64,000 nt of DNA from an uncultured delta proteobacterium (GTDB lineage Bacteria; Desulfobacterota; Syntrophia; Syntrophales; Smithellaceae), in assembly GCA_963753975.1 (NCBI GenBank), contig CAVWEH010000004.1, positions 224,001 to 288,000 of the forward strand, in the 5' to 3' direction. Under the pieces are notes generated by a model, which saw only the letters and a program-made list of their open reading frames with translations, had not been told where the DNA came from and ran no database searches. A program made the translations under genes and the position numbers. This document shows positions 1-10,285 of this stretch, piece after piece. Numbering within the stretch: position 1 is the first letter of the stretch; each line of letters starts with the position of its first letter.

Positions 1-208
1 GGTTAATGACGCCAATGAAGAACTCAAAAGGCGCGATCTGGAACTTTCTCAGAAGCTGTTTCCGGAAATAGTGAAAATCGTACGCGCTATCGCGGAAAAA
101 GAGAATTATACTTTGGTTATAGACATAGCCAGCACGCCGGTACCTTATTATGCTAAAGAAAATGATTTTAGCAAGAAGGTTATCGAAGAGTATAATAAAT
201 CAAAATAG
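1..208 (+). CDS. OmpH/Skp-family periplasmic chaperone, C-terminal part (truncated by window edge)
   Basis: Frame 2 reads VNDANEELKRRDLELSQKLFPEIVKIVRAIAEKENYTLVID...DFSKKVIEEYNKSK*, the typical Skp C-terminus; TAG at 206-208. Confidence 0.75.
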   Translation, partial: VNDANEELKRRDLELSQKLFPEIVKIVRAIAEKENYTLVIDIASTPVPYYAKENDFSKKVIEEYNKSK

Positions 209-396
209 CAGGGTAAATATAATTGTTTGCAGACCACTGATAAGAATACCGCTTCAAAAATAAATCAATGGGCTAAAAAAACAGGATTTAGCAAACTGGC
301 GTATTTAAGACCTGCGGACTGCATTGAATCCTTTACACGGTTCACGCTAAAAACCGGCATGGGGAACTTTTAAATTTAATGTAGTAACACATTAAT

Positions 397-2133
397 ATGC
401 TTAAAATTCGCGCAAAAGAAAAAACAAAAAAACTTATCTTTTATCTTCAGAATTCTGAAACTGCTTTCTTATTGCTCTTCTCCATCGTGGTGGGATTAGG
501 CACAGGTTTCGGCGCCGTAGCCTTCCGTTGGCTTATAAACAGCATAAAAAGCATTTTTTTTGAGAATGGCCGCACTCTTTTGCATTTTATGGGGAGCTAT
601 TATGTGATAATTATTCCCGCCGCAGGCGGTTTAATGGTTGGGCTGTTAATTTATTATTTTGCAAAAGAAGCGAAGGGCCACGGTGTTCCTGAAGTTATGC
701 TCGCTGTAGCCAAAATGGGAGGCAGGATAAGGCCAAGAGTAGTTCTTGTCAAAGCATTGGCTTCCGCAGTATGTATCGGTTCGGGAGGGTCTGCAGGCAG
801 GGAGGGGCCGATTGTCCAAATTGGTTCTGCTTTTGGCTCGACGATAGGACAATTATTCAATCTCAGCGAAGAGAAAAAAAAGATTATGATTGCCTGCGGA
901 GCCGCCGGTGGAATTGCCGCAACTTTCAACGCTCCCATGGCAGGCATGTTTTTTGCCCTTGAAGTTATCCTGATGGCATACGGACCGAAACATATATCTT
1001 CCGTGGTTTTATCGGCGGTAACTGCAACCGTAGTTTCGAGACATTTCCTAGGAAATTATCCTGCTTTCGCCATCCCGGCTTATGAAATGTCCAGTATAGG
1101 GGAAATGCCGCTATATTTTGTCTTCGGGTTTATAGCCGCTATTGCAGCCCTTGTATTCATTAAAGTGCTGTATAAAACCGAGGATGCGTTTGATCTGATT
1201 AAAATACCCGAATATATAAAGCCTGTTTTAGGAGGGCTGATTATTGGTTCTATAGGCCTTTTCTTCCCGCAGATATTCGGAGTGGGGTATGAATCCATAG
1301 AAAAAGCGCTTCATGTAAAAATCATAGCACAGACAGCGGTTATTCTTGTGTTTTTAAAGATTATAGCCACTTCCATAACTCTTGGGTCTGGAGGTTCCGG
1401 CGGGGTTTTTGCGCCTTCACTGTTCATAGGAGCCATGCTTGGGAGTGCCTACGGCCTCTTAACGCAGTTTTTTCTGCCGGGTATTGCGATCCACCCGGGC
1501 GCCTGTGCCCTGGTCGGAATGGGTGCGGTCTTTGCCGGCGCAGCCCAGGCGCCTCTTTCAGCCATAATGATTTTATTTGAGATGACAAATGATTATAGAA
1601 TCATACTCCCTTTGATGATTACCTGCATTATTTCAACGGTAGTGGTCAGGCGGCTAAGCAGGGATTCTATATATACTCTGAAATTGCGAAGAAGAGGGAT
1701 AGACATCCAGAGATCCAAAGGGCAGGATTTAATGGAGACAATAAGGATTTCTGATGCCATGCGGACCGATGTGGTCACAGTCAATGAAACGGATACCACG
1801 AGAAGTGCCGGACTGAAGATAAAGACAACCCACCACAGGGGTTTCCCGGTCATTGATTCCGAGGGCAATCTGGTGGGAATAGTTACCCGCCAGGATATAA
1901 ACAAGGCAATGGCTGAGGGAAAACCAGAAAATCCGGTGAGGGAAATTATGACCAGAGATGTAATTGTATGTTATCCGGAGGAAGTATTAAAATCCGCCCT
2001 GGAAAAACTAGGGGAAAAAGATATCGGACGGCTCCCTATAGTCGAACGGGAAAACTGCAGGCATTTAATAGGACTGATAGATAGAAAAAGTATTATTTCT
2101 TCCTACAATAAAGCTTTAGCAAGGAAGCCCTAA
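397..2133 (+). CDS. ClC-family chloride channel/H+ antiporter with C-terminal CBS pair
   Basis: GHGVPEV, GGSAGREGP and GGSGGVFAPSLFIG signature motifs, many TM helices, two CBS domains. Confidence 0.95.
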   Translation: MLKIRAKEKTKKLIFYLQNSETAFLLLFSIVVGLGTGFGAVAFRWLINSIKSIFFENGRTLLHFMGSYYVIIIPAAGGLMVGLLIYYFAKEAKGHGVPEVMLAVAKMGGRIRPRVVLVKALASAVCIGSGGSAGREGPIVQIGSAFGSTIGQLFNLSEEKKKIMIACGAAGGIAATFNAPMAGMFFALEVILMAYGPKHISSVVLSAVTATVVSRHFLGNYPAFAIPAYEMSSIGEMPLYFVFGFIAAIAALVFIKVLYKTEDAFDLIKIPEYIKPVLGGLIIGSIGLFFPQIFGVGYESIEKALHVKIIAQTAVILVFLKIIATSITLGSGGSGGVFAPSLFIGAMLGSAYGLLTQFFLPGIAIHPGACALVGMGAVFAGAAQAPLSAIMILFEMTNDYRIILPLMITCIISTVVVRRLSRDSIYTLKLRRRGIDIQRSKGQDLMETIRISDAMRTDVVTVNETDTTRSAGLKIKTTHHRGFPVIDSEGNLVGIVTRQDINKAMAEGKPENPVREIMTRDVIVCYPEEVLKSALEKLGEKDIGRLPIVERENCRHLIGLIDRKSIISSYNKALARKP

Positions 2134-2712
2134 ATTTAGTCGAATGCCTTAAAGCGGGGTAAAAGCTTTAGATAGATTTCGTAAATATCCCCGTCATCTG
2201 CTCTAACTTCGGAAAGGTGATATTCAAGAACTGCAAAAAGAGGAGAAGTATAGACTCAGATGGAAAAAATATCGGGAACTTTTTAGGAATTGGCTTAACA
2301 TACAAGTCCTTTACATATGCCTGAGTACGTCATGCTTTTAACATGCTCTTTTAGGCAGATTATTCTTTACTAACATTAATTTATTTTATAAAAAACCCTA
2401 CCAGTAACATTATGTTTTAAAATGTGGACTAATTAATTGAGTGTTATAGACAACAAATTAAGTAAGCTGTAAGCACGCTCCATTGTTTCCAAATTCTTTC
2501 ACGTAAAACGACCTCAGGTTAGCTCTTAAAATTTCATTTTAGGTGTTTAGGCGGCAATCTAGGACTTTAGAAATCTTGATCCGAATAATCTGAAAAGGGA
2601 TTTGTAGATTGAGAGGTAAGGTGTTAAGGTAAAAAAATGAGGAGAATGAGAAAATATTAAAAAGGTCAACTATTTTTGGTAAAATAAAAACATAATTATT
2701 TAATTAAATCCC

Positions 2713-3012
2713 ATGAAATACATAAAAATATTTCTTTGCGTTATATTTGTAATAATAGTTTTGTATTTCTGTATATCTTATATTCCCTCACTTTTTAAAA
2801 CTAAACAAGGGACTAATTGCAGCACAGATGTATTTCCATTAGCTAAAGGAAAGGATATATTATGCAATTGTGGAAATGGATACTCTTTATGGTGCAGAGG
2901 TGGGGATCTTCACTGCGTGAAAGATGGTAATCAGGTATTTGGAAGATACTGTGAAGCAGCAGGCATTTTATTCCCCGAAAGTAACTGGGAAAATCCGAAT
3001 TGTTGCAAATAA
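2713..3012 (+). CDS. Small cysteine-rich exported or membrane-anchored hypothetical protein
   Basis: 99-aa ORF with a hydrophobic N-terminus followed by 8 Cys; lies in AT-rich DNA. Confidence 0.55.
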   Translation: MKYIKIFLCVIFVIIVLYFCISYIPSLFKTKQGTNCSTDVFPLAKGKDILCNCGNGYSLWCRGGDLHCVKDGNQVFGRYCEAAGILFPESNWENPNCCK

Positions 3013-3453
3013 TATTTTTATGAGAATGATTCACGCTCGTTAGCTAATCCTCATCATTTCTGACATTCCGGTGATTGATTTTTTTTCCTTGATCGCCTTT
3101 TTTGTTTTGAGCAATTTGGTCCGACTGAACCATATGTTGTTCGGGTTTACGCATCCGCAATTCCGTGCCCATGGCATAGGGCATCTTTGAAGATTTGAAG
3201 TGGTAATCCTCAATTCAATAGCAAACAGAAAATCATTGATAAGTAGGTGTAATCGATTCGAGGAAGCCAATGAAACCCCATGCACGTGTGACCTCGCACT
3301 GCCTTCAGAATTTTCCATAATAAACAGCGGTGGAATTTATACCCTTTCGCTTGGAAGCTGCCGCCTATACGGTGTCACTTCCAAGTACGGTAAAAAATTA
3401 TTCTTATTGCGCGCCCTTTGATTGCGCACACGGTCAAAGGATAACGAGGCGGC

Positions 3454-3738
3454 AGTGAAACTCGAATTTCAGGAACGCAGTGAACTGGAATTCGTTAGCT
3501 GAACTGTCCCGCATCAGCGGCGGCACGGACGAAGCTCCCCGGCATGCGCCGGGCAGGCATCCGGCGTATTACTAACGTGTGACCTTCAGGTTATACGTTG
3601 AAAAAGCTGACGACGACGCCAACAAAGTTAGCCAAAGACCGGGGGCGCGTCCCGCAGGGGAGCGCATAGCAAATTTAAAATTTACCTCACCGGTAATTAC
3701 CGCCTGCAAGACGGTAACTTACAAGCTAATTGGTATCA
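3454..3738. repeat. MITE/REP-like intergenic element (related to 6064-6192 and 53321-53386)
   Basis: Shares TACGTTGA..GACRACGACGCCAACAAAG.TAGC with 6131-6169; contains GTGACCTTCAGGTTAT (3579-3594); ends AATTGGTA+TCA on the stop codon of the adjacent gene. Confidence 0.6.
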
Positions 3739-4503
3739 TTTAGGCGGCATACGCAAAGCACCGTCCAGCCTGATACAGCAGCCGTTGAGCATTGTATTTT
3801 CGATGATATGAATAGCCAGCTTGGCATATTCAATTGGTTTCCCCAGCCGCCGCGGAAAAGGAACGGTCTTGGCCAAATCTTCCTTAACCGCTGCCGGCAG
3901 GCCAGCCATCATCGGCGTATCGAAAAGCCCCGGAGCAATCGCGGCCACCCTTATTCCGTAATCGGCGCATTCGCGGGCAATAGGCAGGGTCATTCCCGCT
4001 ATGCCTGCTTTAGAGCCGCTATATGCGGCCTGTCCTATCTGTCCGTCAAACGCGGCAACCGAAGCCGTATTAACGATAACACCCTTTTCACCTTCTTCAT
4101 TAGGTGTGTTATTGATCATTTGTTCCACCGCCAGCCTGAGAACATTGAGCGTTCCCACAAGATTTATTTGCACTACTTTATTGAAAGCCTCCAGTGGCAA
4201 AGGCCCTTTCTTGCTCATAATCTTTCCCGGATTGGCCACTCCCGCGCAATTGACGGCAACATTTATTTTCCCGAAAGTTTCTATCGTCTTACCAATTGCC
4301 TGCCGGATTTCGGCTTCGTTGGTTACGTCGGCTTTTATAAATATCGCACTTTCCCCCAAGCCCGCCGCAAGCTTCCCGCCTCTTACCGAATCAATATCGA
4401 CTATGGCCGCCCTGGCTCCATTTTTAATCAATTCGATGACCGTGGCTTCCCCTAACCCCGATACTCCGCCTGTTACTAACCCGACCACTTCTTTGATATT
4501 CAT
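3736..4503 (-). CDS. SDR-family 3-hydroxyacyl-CoA dehydrogenase (HSD10/type II-like)
   Basis: TGGVSGLG, NCAG, ASVAAFDGQIGQAAYSGSK; AGGAGG RBS before the ATG at 4503. Confidence 0.92.
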   Translation of the reverse strand: MNIKEVVGLVTGGVSGLGEATVIELIKNGARAAIVDIDSVRGGKLAAGLGESAIFIKADVTNEAEIRQAIGKTIETFGKINVAVNCAGVANPGKIMSKKGPLPLEAFNKVVQINLVGTLNVLRLAVEQMINNTPNEEGEKGVIVNTASVAAFDGQIGQAAYSGSKAGIAGMTLPIARECADYGIRVAAIAPGLFDTPMMAGLPAAVKEDLAKTVPFPRRLGKPIEYAKLAIHIIENTMLNGCCIRLDGALRMPPK

Positions 4504-4598
4504 CATCTCCTCCTTTTTCCATCGAAATATATCAACCACCAATTTTTGTCTGTTTGACTATGCGGCGGGTATAATGCTCCTGCAACTATGAATGGGAG

Positions 4599-5978
4599 TT
4601 ATACCTGGTTTTTTAAAACATTAGTGAAAGGTCTGATCATTTCCACTTTCATTCTTTTCATGAACTCGCGGCGGAAAAACGGAATCTTTGTAAGCAGAAC
4701 TATACTGCTGTTAATTAGCCGCCATTTGTAATTCTTTTGGGGAAAATTGTAAAATCCATGTTTTTTGTAATATTTATGGTCAGCCTGGAAAACTACGCGC
4801 AGTTTGCTCCAAACGGCATCCCGAAATAGCTTTGTGCCCGCAACCTGATAAAATGTTCTTGGTTTTATGTAAGCAAGTTTACTGTACATAACCGCGTTGG
4901 AAGCTACGATTTGCAGAGCGGTATTTATTGCCGCCGAGCTATCCATATCATCACTGACAAATCCAACAAGATTGGAGTCCTGCATCCCGACATAAGCTTC
5001 CAAAATTTCCCGCAGATTATAAATTTGACTAAATGGCCCCGAAATCACAAATCCGATTTGCTTCTCCCGTAGAGCTGGTATGTGACCATTGAAGAAGCTG
5101 CGGTCAAAAAAGCATTTCCATAATGACGAAAGATAGCGGTCGTGAATGGAGCCGGCAAAAAATAAAATATCCGCCGTTTTTATTTTCCGGTTGAAAAAAT
5201 CAATGAATCCATCCTTGCCTTCGTAAACGCAGACATTATCTATGCCGCACTGCATACATCCCAGACAACCGCCTTTGATATCGACAGCTTTAAGTTGCAC
5301 TAATTCAGCGGCTGGAGAAAAAGTTTTTTGTAAATTCTCCAGCATCTTACGGAGATTAGGACTTTTGCTCAGATCATCAACAACAATTAACACCTTTTTG
5401 CCGCTCACCTCCACAGGCATCAGCTTGGCCGGTTCATATGCAGTTTCCTGTGCCGTGAGCGGTTTATAATTTTTTGTCGACGGACCGCCGTTTTTAATCG
5501 CTTTGATAAATAACTCGCCGAAAGTCGCGAGCCTCTGCCTTTCCCTGGATTTATGCAAATCATTCATTTCCGCCGAGTAGGAACCGAAAAACTTCATTTC
5601 CAAATCATCGCTGATGGCGTTGATATAATTGTGGGCGGTATGGTCAAAAAAGTTGATCGACGTGGAAAGGCTTGCCGCCGGCTTTCCGCGGAAAACCGAA
5701 GTTTCTTTTCTTTCGAAAATCAGTTCGATAAATCTTTTGTACTGTGAACAAACAAGAAAAAAATAGAGAGGAAATGCCCAGAGGATGGCATCGGCGGCGG
5801 ATACCTCTGCGATAATTTCCTGAAAATCATTTTTCTCTTTTTCCAGTTTCTTAATTTTCAGAGCTATATCGAAAATCCTGAATTCGATGTCTGGAAATTT
5901 TTGCTGCAGAAAATGAACATATTGCAGGGTAACGCTGATTTGTCCTTTGGGTGAACCATTTAATACCGCGATCTTCAT
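4599..5978 (-). CDS. Tandem flavodoxin-fold NAD(P)H-dependent FMN reductase / iron-sulfur flavoprotein
   Basis: N-terminal LNGSPK; the second domain carries CLGCMQCGIDNVC (ISF-type Fe-S motif) and FFDR. Confidence 0.8.
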   Translation of the reverse strand: MKIAVLNGSPKGQISVTLQYVHFLQQKFPDIEFRIFDIALKIKKLEKEKNDFQEIIAEVSAADAILWAFPLYFFLVCSQYKRFIELIFERKETSVFRGKPAASLSTSINFFDHTAHNYINAISDDLEMKFFGSYSAEMNDLHKSRERQRLATFGELFIKAIKNGGPSTKNYKPLTAQETAYEPAKLMPVEVSGKKVLIVVDDLSKSPNLRKMLENLQKTFSPAAELVQLKAVDIKGGCLGCMQCGIDNVCVYEGKDGFIDFFNRKIKTADILFFAGSIHDRYLSSLWKCFFDRSFFNGHIPALREKQIGFVISGPFSQIYNLREILEAYVGMQDSNLVGFVSDDMDSSAAINTALQIVASNAVMYSKLAYIKPRTFYQVAGTKLFRDAVWSKLRVVFQADHKYYKKHGFYNFPQKNYKWRLINSSIVLLTKIPFFRREFMKRMKVEMIRPFTNVLKNQV

Positions 5979-6063
5979 AATAAAATCCTTTATTGAGCAA
6001 AATCAAAACTACAGAAATTCTTATCATAAGAAAAAAAACATGACAAGAAGATATCCAGAGGAC

Positions 6064-6192
6064 TAATACCAATTCTAAATCAAAGATGATATCGAGGCGG
6101 CTAGGAGGAGGCGACGAGACGTATTGTACATACGTTGAGGAAACCGACAACGACGCCAACAAAGATAGCGCTTTGATTTAGAATTGGAATCA
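6064..6192. mobile_element. MITE-like element with 17-bp perfect terminal inverted repeats
   Basis: CCAATTCTAAATCAAAG (6069-6085) and CTTTGATTTAGAATTGG (6171-6187) are exact reverse complements; non-coding interior; abuts the PPTase stop codon. Confidence 0.7.
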
Positions 6193-6816
6193 GGATAAAA
6201 AGGCATAAGCAACGAATTGACCATCGTGGCTTAAGCTGATGTCCATATCTGTTTTTTTGCCGTCAATATAAACATGCGGCGGTTGAAGCTCACTTTTATC
6301 TTGTTCTCTGTTGATTTTGATGTCACTGAAATTTAGACGGAAAAAATCGGCGAGATGTAGGGCAAGACATTTTCGTAAAAACAAAGAAGGATCTGCTTTC
6401 CCGTCATTTCCTTCCTCAGGTAAAATTTCGACGTTGCAGATTAAATTATCTAATGCGGCAAGACAATCAGAGCCCACACAATGAACGTAACGGAAATCGG
6501 AAAAAAGGCGAACATAAACCGCTTCCGCGTCCGGAATCTTAACCTCACCGTCTAAACACGCCGATTCGGATTGCTGGAGATTTACCGTCCACCGGCACGG
6601 CAAAAAAGCAGCATCAGCACACTTTTTTTTTATGATCTTATAGGCTGTTTCTTTACAAGACCAAAAGGACCACAGCGCCTTATCGGAATTTTCCGCGTTT
6701 CGTACAAAATCAATTTCAGCAGCGGTGAGGATTTTCTTTAGAAAGCGCGAATCCCTGCTTTTCCCTGCGTTCACCGGCTCTTTCAAATCCACGATATCGT
6801 TCCCTACGTAGGGCAA
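6190..6816 (-). CDS. 4'-phosphopantetheinyl transferase
   Basis: VGNDIVD, WSCKETAYK and ISLSHDG motifs; TTG start. Confidence 0.9.
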   Translation of the reverse strand: MPYVGNDIVDLKEPVNAGKSRDSRFLKKILTAAEIDFVRNAENSDKALWSFWSCKETAYKIIKKKCADAAFLPCRWTVNLQQSESACLDGEVKIPDAEAVYVRLFSDFRYVHCVGSDCLAALDNLICNVEILPEEGNDGKADPSLFLRKCLALHLADFFRLNFSDIKINREQDKSELQPPHVYIDGKKTDMDISLSHDGQFVAYAFLS

Positions 6817-7540
6817 AATACTTCTCCTCCATTTGTGCCAGACGGTTAATTATTTGCGTAGCATATTCTCGTTGTATTCGCAGTCCGCTTCCCTCGATAC
6901 GTTCCGGCGAAAACACTTCCATCTGCACCGAAAATTTATCTCCCCAGGCGGGAATAGCGCTATAATTATCCTGCTTATTCCCCCGCAGATAAATACACAT
7001 CACTTTGCAATCCTTCACATCTTTGATAAAACGCCCCACACCGTAAGAAAAACCTTCTTTATTAATTCTCCCGGTGCGGGAACGCCCACCTTCAGGAAAA
7101 ATCATAATACTATGACCATTACGCAACAGGTAAACACACCTATCCATGGTCTTTTTTATCTTTTCCCTGGATCCGCCGCGATCGATGGGAATGCATTTGG
7201 CCAGATAGCACAATACCGCCAGAAAAATATTGCCTTGAAAATTACTTCTTTCCGGTAAATTCCAGGGCAGCTTCTTGTAACCGGTTATATGCTGGCCTAA
7301 GCTGAAAGTGGCGTAGCCTAAAACAAAAGAGTCGATCATCGTCAAATGATTGGCGCAAATAATCCAGGATCCCTTGTGCCGGGCAAATTCACTCGCGCAC
7401 TGCCGACGAATTTCTTTCAAATCCATCACTCGATAAAATAAAATTTTAGCAATAAAGAAATATAAAGGCGCGATGATCAGTACCGCAATTCTGCCTAAAA
7501 AATTCTGTACCTGAATAAATATTTCGGATTTTTTATCCAT
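6716..7540 (-). CDS. Lysophospholipid acyltransferase (PlsC-like)
   Basis: ANHLTMID (HxxxxD), PIDRG and FPEGGRS motifs; the ATG at 7540 follows the ACP stop. Confidence 0.88.
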   Translation of the reverse strand: MDKKSEIFIQVQNFLGRIAVLIIAPLYFFIAKILFYRVMDLKEIRRQCASEFARHKGSWIICANHLTMIDSFVLGYATFSLGQHITGYKKLPWNLPERSNFQGNIFLAVLCYLAKCIPIDRGGSREKIKKTMDRCVYLLRNGHSIMIFPEGGRSRTGRINKEGFSYGVGRFIKDVKDCKVMCIYLRGNKQDNYSAIPAWGDKFSVQMEVFSPERIEGSGLRIQREYATQIINRLAQMEEKYFALRRERYRGFERAGERREKQGFALSKENPHRC

Positions 7541-7544
7541 TTTT

Positions 7545-7793
7545 TTACCCGAGTTTTTGTTTGATAATTCTGACAGCATCGCCGATGGTGCGAATCTTAT
7601 CCGCCTCATCGTCATCAACGCTGATACCGTAAACATCCTCACACTTGATGATCACATCCACCAGACGGGCGGAATTTACTTTCAAATCATTTAAGATGTG
7701 CGTGTCCATTGTCGCCTTTTCTAAAAGAGTCTGGTCTTTGGTATAGACTTTTAAAATATTCTTCATCTCTTCAAAAATTTTTTTCTCATCCAT
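7545..7793 (-). CDS. Acyl carrier protein (atypical NSARL attachment motif)
   Basis: 82-aa acidic protein, DLKVNSARLVDV...EDVYGISVDDDEADKIRTIGDAV. Confidence 0.9.
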   Translation of the reverse strand: MDEKKIFEEMKNILKVYTKDQTLLEKATMDTHILNDLKVNSARLVDVIIKCEDVYGISVDDDEADKIRTIGDAVRIIKQKLG

Positions 7794-7816
7794 AAAACTA
7801 TTCTCCTTATTAAAAA

Positions 7817-9097
7817 TTAATTTTTATCCCACTTTTTAAATATGATACAGCTGTTAACATCGCCAAAACCAAAACCGGCTTTGGCAACAATTCGTAATCG
7901 CGGAAATTCCAAGCATTTTTGCGGAATCTTCGGAGCATATGCCGCAATTTCCGGGTGTACGTCTTCACAATTAATAGAAGGATGTAGGAAACCTTTATAT
8001 ATTTGCAAAACAGAAGCCACGCATTCTATGGCGCCGGCAGCACCCAAACAATGACCAATCAAAGATTTTGTCGCTTGAATGTACGGAAAATTATCAGGAG
8101 TCCTCTCCAATGCTTCCGCCCAGCTTTTCACTTCATGAGGATCGGCATAAGTTGCCGTCAGATGGCCGTTAACGACATCAACTTCAGCCGGATTAATACC
8201 GGCATCGGCCACTGCACCGCGAATACACCTCTTCACCCCTTCAGGATTAGGTGCAGTCATCGAACCTCCCATCCGCTGGCCGCCGCAATTAACATAGCCG
8301 CCGATTATTTCCGCGTAAATTCTGGCGCCCCTGGCCATAGCCGTTTCCAATTCTTCCAAAACCAGCATGGCACCGCCGGAACCGGGAACGAAGCCGCAAG
8401 CAGTAGCGCTCATCGGGCGGGAGCCGGCTTGCGGATTATCATTAAATTTACGGCAAAGTACACGCATGGCATCAAAGCCTCCCCAGATGAAAGGCGTGGC
8501 ACCTTCGGAACCGCCGGCTATCATGCGTTTGGCTAATCCCATCCTTATTCTCCAGAGAGCATCGATTACAGCCTCATTACCGGTGCTGCACGCTGAAGAA
8601 TTCGACGTCACTTTATTGCCGGCGCCGATCAAACCGGAAATACGGGCGCTGGTGCCGCTACCCATTACCTGTTCTACAATACGGCTACCCAATCGTCGAA
8701 CCCTTCCCTCGTTAATCATAGGAACGACACTATTGGCAATCGTATCCATGCCGCCGATTCCTGAACCGGCAATAACTCCTGTGTCCCAATCTATCGTATC
8801 GTCATCGCTATCCGGAATATTAAATCCCGCATCCCTCCAGGCATCCACCGCCGAGACCGAAGCGAAGCCGATATTATCATTAAAGGATAAGAGTTTTTCA
8901 CGGTCGAAATAACTCTTGCGGATAACGTCAAAATTTTCCGGCACGCCCGCAATCTGACACCCAAATTTTAATTCCGCGAGAAGTGGAATAAAACGAATGC
9001 CGGAAACACCATCTCTGAGCGCCTGTTCAAAATCATCCAATCCATGCGCGTTGGGCGCCGCTACACCCATTCCCGTTATGACTACCCTTTTTCTCAT
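7817..9097 (-). CDS. fabF: Beta-ketoacyl-ACP synthase (FabF/FabB family)
   Basis: RVVITGMG, SSACSTG (Cys), NGHLTAT and KSLIGHCLGAAG (His-His), GFGFG; ATGA overlap with fabZ. Confidence 0.9.
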   Translation of the reverse strand: MRKRVVITGMGVAAPNAHGLDDFEQALRDGVSGIRFIPLLAELKFGCQIAGVPENFDVIRKSYFDREKLLSFNDNIGFASVSAVDAWRDAGFNIPDSDDDTIDWDTGVIAGSGIGGMDTIANSVVPMINEGRVRRLGSRIVEQVMGSGTSARISGLIGAGNKVTSNSSACSTGNEAVIDALWRIRMGLAKRMIAGGSEGATPFIWGGFDAMRVLCRKFNDNPQAGSRPMSATACGFVPGSGGAMLVLEELETAMARGARIYAEIIGGYVNCGGQRMGGSMTAPNPEGVKRCIRGAVADAGINPAEVDVVNGHLTATYADPHEVKSWAEALERTPDNFPYIQATKSLIGHCLGAAGAIECVASVLQIYKGFLHPSINCEDVHPEIAAYAPKIPQKCLEFPRLRIVAKAGFGFGDVNSCIIFKKWDKN

Positions 9098-9564
9098 TTC
9101 TCCACCATCACTCCGGTTAGCGTTCCGAGGCAAACTATTTCGCCGTTTTCTCTTTCCAAAGTCGTATCCACTTTAAGAATTCCCTTACGAAAATAATTTT
9201 TTTTGCCCTTCACGATCACCCTTTCGCCCGGCATTACCATTCCGTTAAACTCAACGCCATCAACCGAAGAAAACAAGCTAAGCGGCATATCCATTGCTGC
9301 AGGCCGCATTTTTTTCTGACACGCAAGAAGGTAAATTCCAAAAGCAGTAGCTCCAATTTGCGCCATCGTTTCAATTAGAATCACGCCCGGCGTAATAGGC
9401 CTACCCGGAAAATGACCGCGATAAAAAAATTCATCTTCACGAAAGCGATAAGCACCGGTTATTTCTGCCTCATCAAGACTGATAATTTCATCAATGAAGC
9501 GAAAAGGCTCCTGTTGCGGCACAAGCGCTAAGACTTCCTTGATGACGCCGGCGTCAACCACCAT
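9094..9564 (-). CDS. fabZ: 3-hydroxyacyl-ACP dehydratase (FabZ/FabA hot-dog fold)
   Basis: PQQEPFRFID and FYRGHFPGRPITPGVILIETMAQ motifs. Confidence 0.9.
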   Translation of the reverse strand: MVVDAGVIKEVLALVPQQEPFRFIDEIISLDEAEITGAYRFREDEFFYRGHFPGRPITPGVILIETMAQIGATAFGIYLLACQKKMRPAAMDMPLSLFSSVDGVEFNGMVMPGERVIVKGKKNYFRKGILKVDTTLERENGEIVCLGTLTGVMVEK

Positions 9565-10285
9565 AAAGCCCCCCATTAACATGAATGACCGTTCCTGTAA
9601 TATAATTGGCCCTTGTTGCTAAAAACGCCACCACATCAGCTATTTCCTCGGCCTTGCCCAACCTGGCCAATGGAATGCTGGACATGATCCTCTCCTTGAC
9701 ATGATCGGGAAGTTCCTTTGTCATGGTCGTGTCTATAAAGCCCGGAGCAACGGAATTGACCAGGATATTTCTTCCCCATAACTCCTTCGCCAGCGACTTC
9801 GTAAAGGCATCCAGGGCCGCCTTCTCCATGGTGTAGGGAATCTGTCCTGAATTACCCGTATGCCCAACAACGCTGGAGATATTGATAATTCGCCCCGTAT
9901 TCTGCCGGAGCATAAACTGCCGGAGGATTTTCTTGGTCAGATACCAGGCACCCCGTACAAGTTCACGCTGGCGGTCGAATTCTTCGATTTTCATCGAGTT
10001 GATATCATTGTTGACCGAAATGCCTGCGCTGTTGACAAGGACATCCACACGACCTGCCACTTCCTTGATCTGGCTTACCATCCTGTCTATCTGATCCGGG
10101 TCCGTCAGATCAGCTTCCACCAGGAAGCCTTCCTTGATCTCGGCAAGAACCGCTTTCGACGGTTCTTCCATAACGGGTATGTAGTTGATGCCCACACGGA
10201 AACCTTCGGACGCCAGGGCGCGGGTACAAGCCGCCCCTATGCCCGTTCCTCCACCTGTAACAATTGCCACCGGTTTCTCCATCAT
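9554..10285 (-). CDS. fabG: 3-oxoacyl-ACP reductase (SDR)
   Basis: TGGGTGIG, NISSVVG, GQIPYTMEK (YxxxK), VAPGFIDT. Confidence 0.88.
   Translation of the reverse strand: MMEKPVAIVTGGGTGIGAACTRALASEGFRVGINYIPVMEEPSKAVLAEIKEGFLVEADLTDPDQIDRMVSQIKEVAGRVDVLVNSAGISVNNDINSMKIEEFDRQRELVRGAWYLTKKILRQFMLRQNTGRIINISSVVGHTGNSGQIPYTMEKAALDAFTKSLAKELWGRNILVNSVAPGFIDTTMTKELPDHVKERIMSSIPLARLGKAEEIADVVAFLATRANYITGTVIHVNGGLYGG

Noticed and set aside
3040..3421. ORFs 3040-3318 (-) and 3200-3421 (+)
   Set aside because: No recognisable motif or clear RBS, and they overlap each other; cannot be supported as genes
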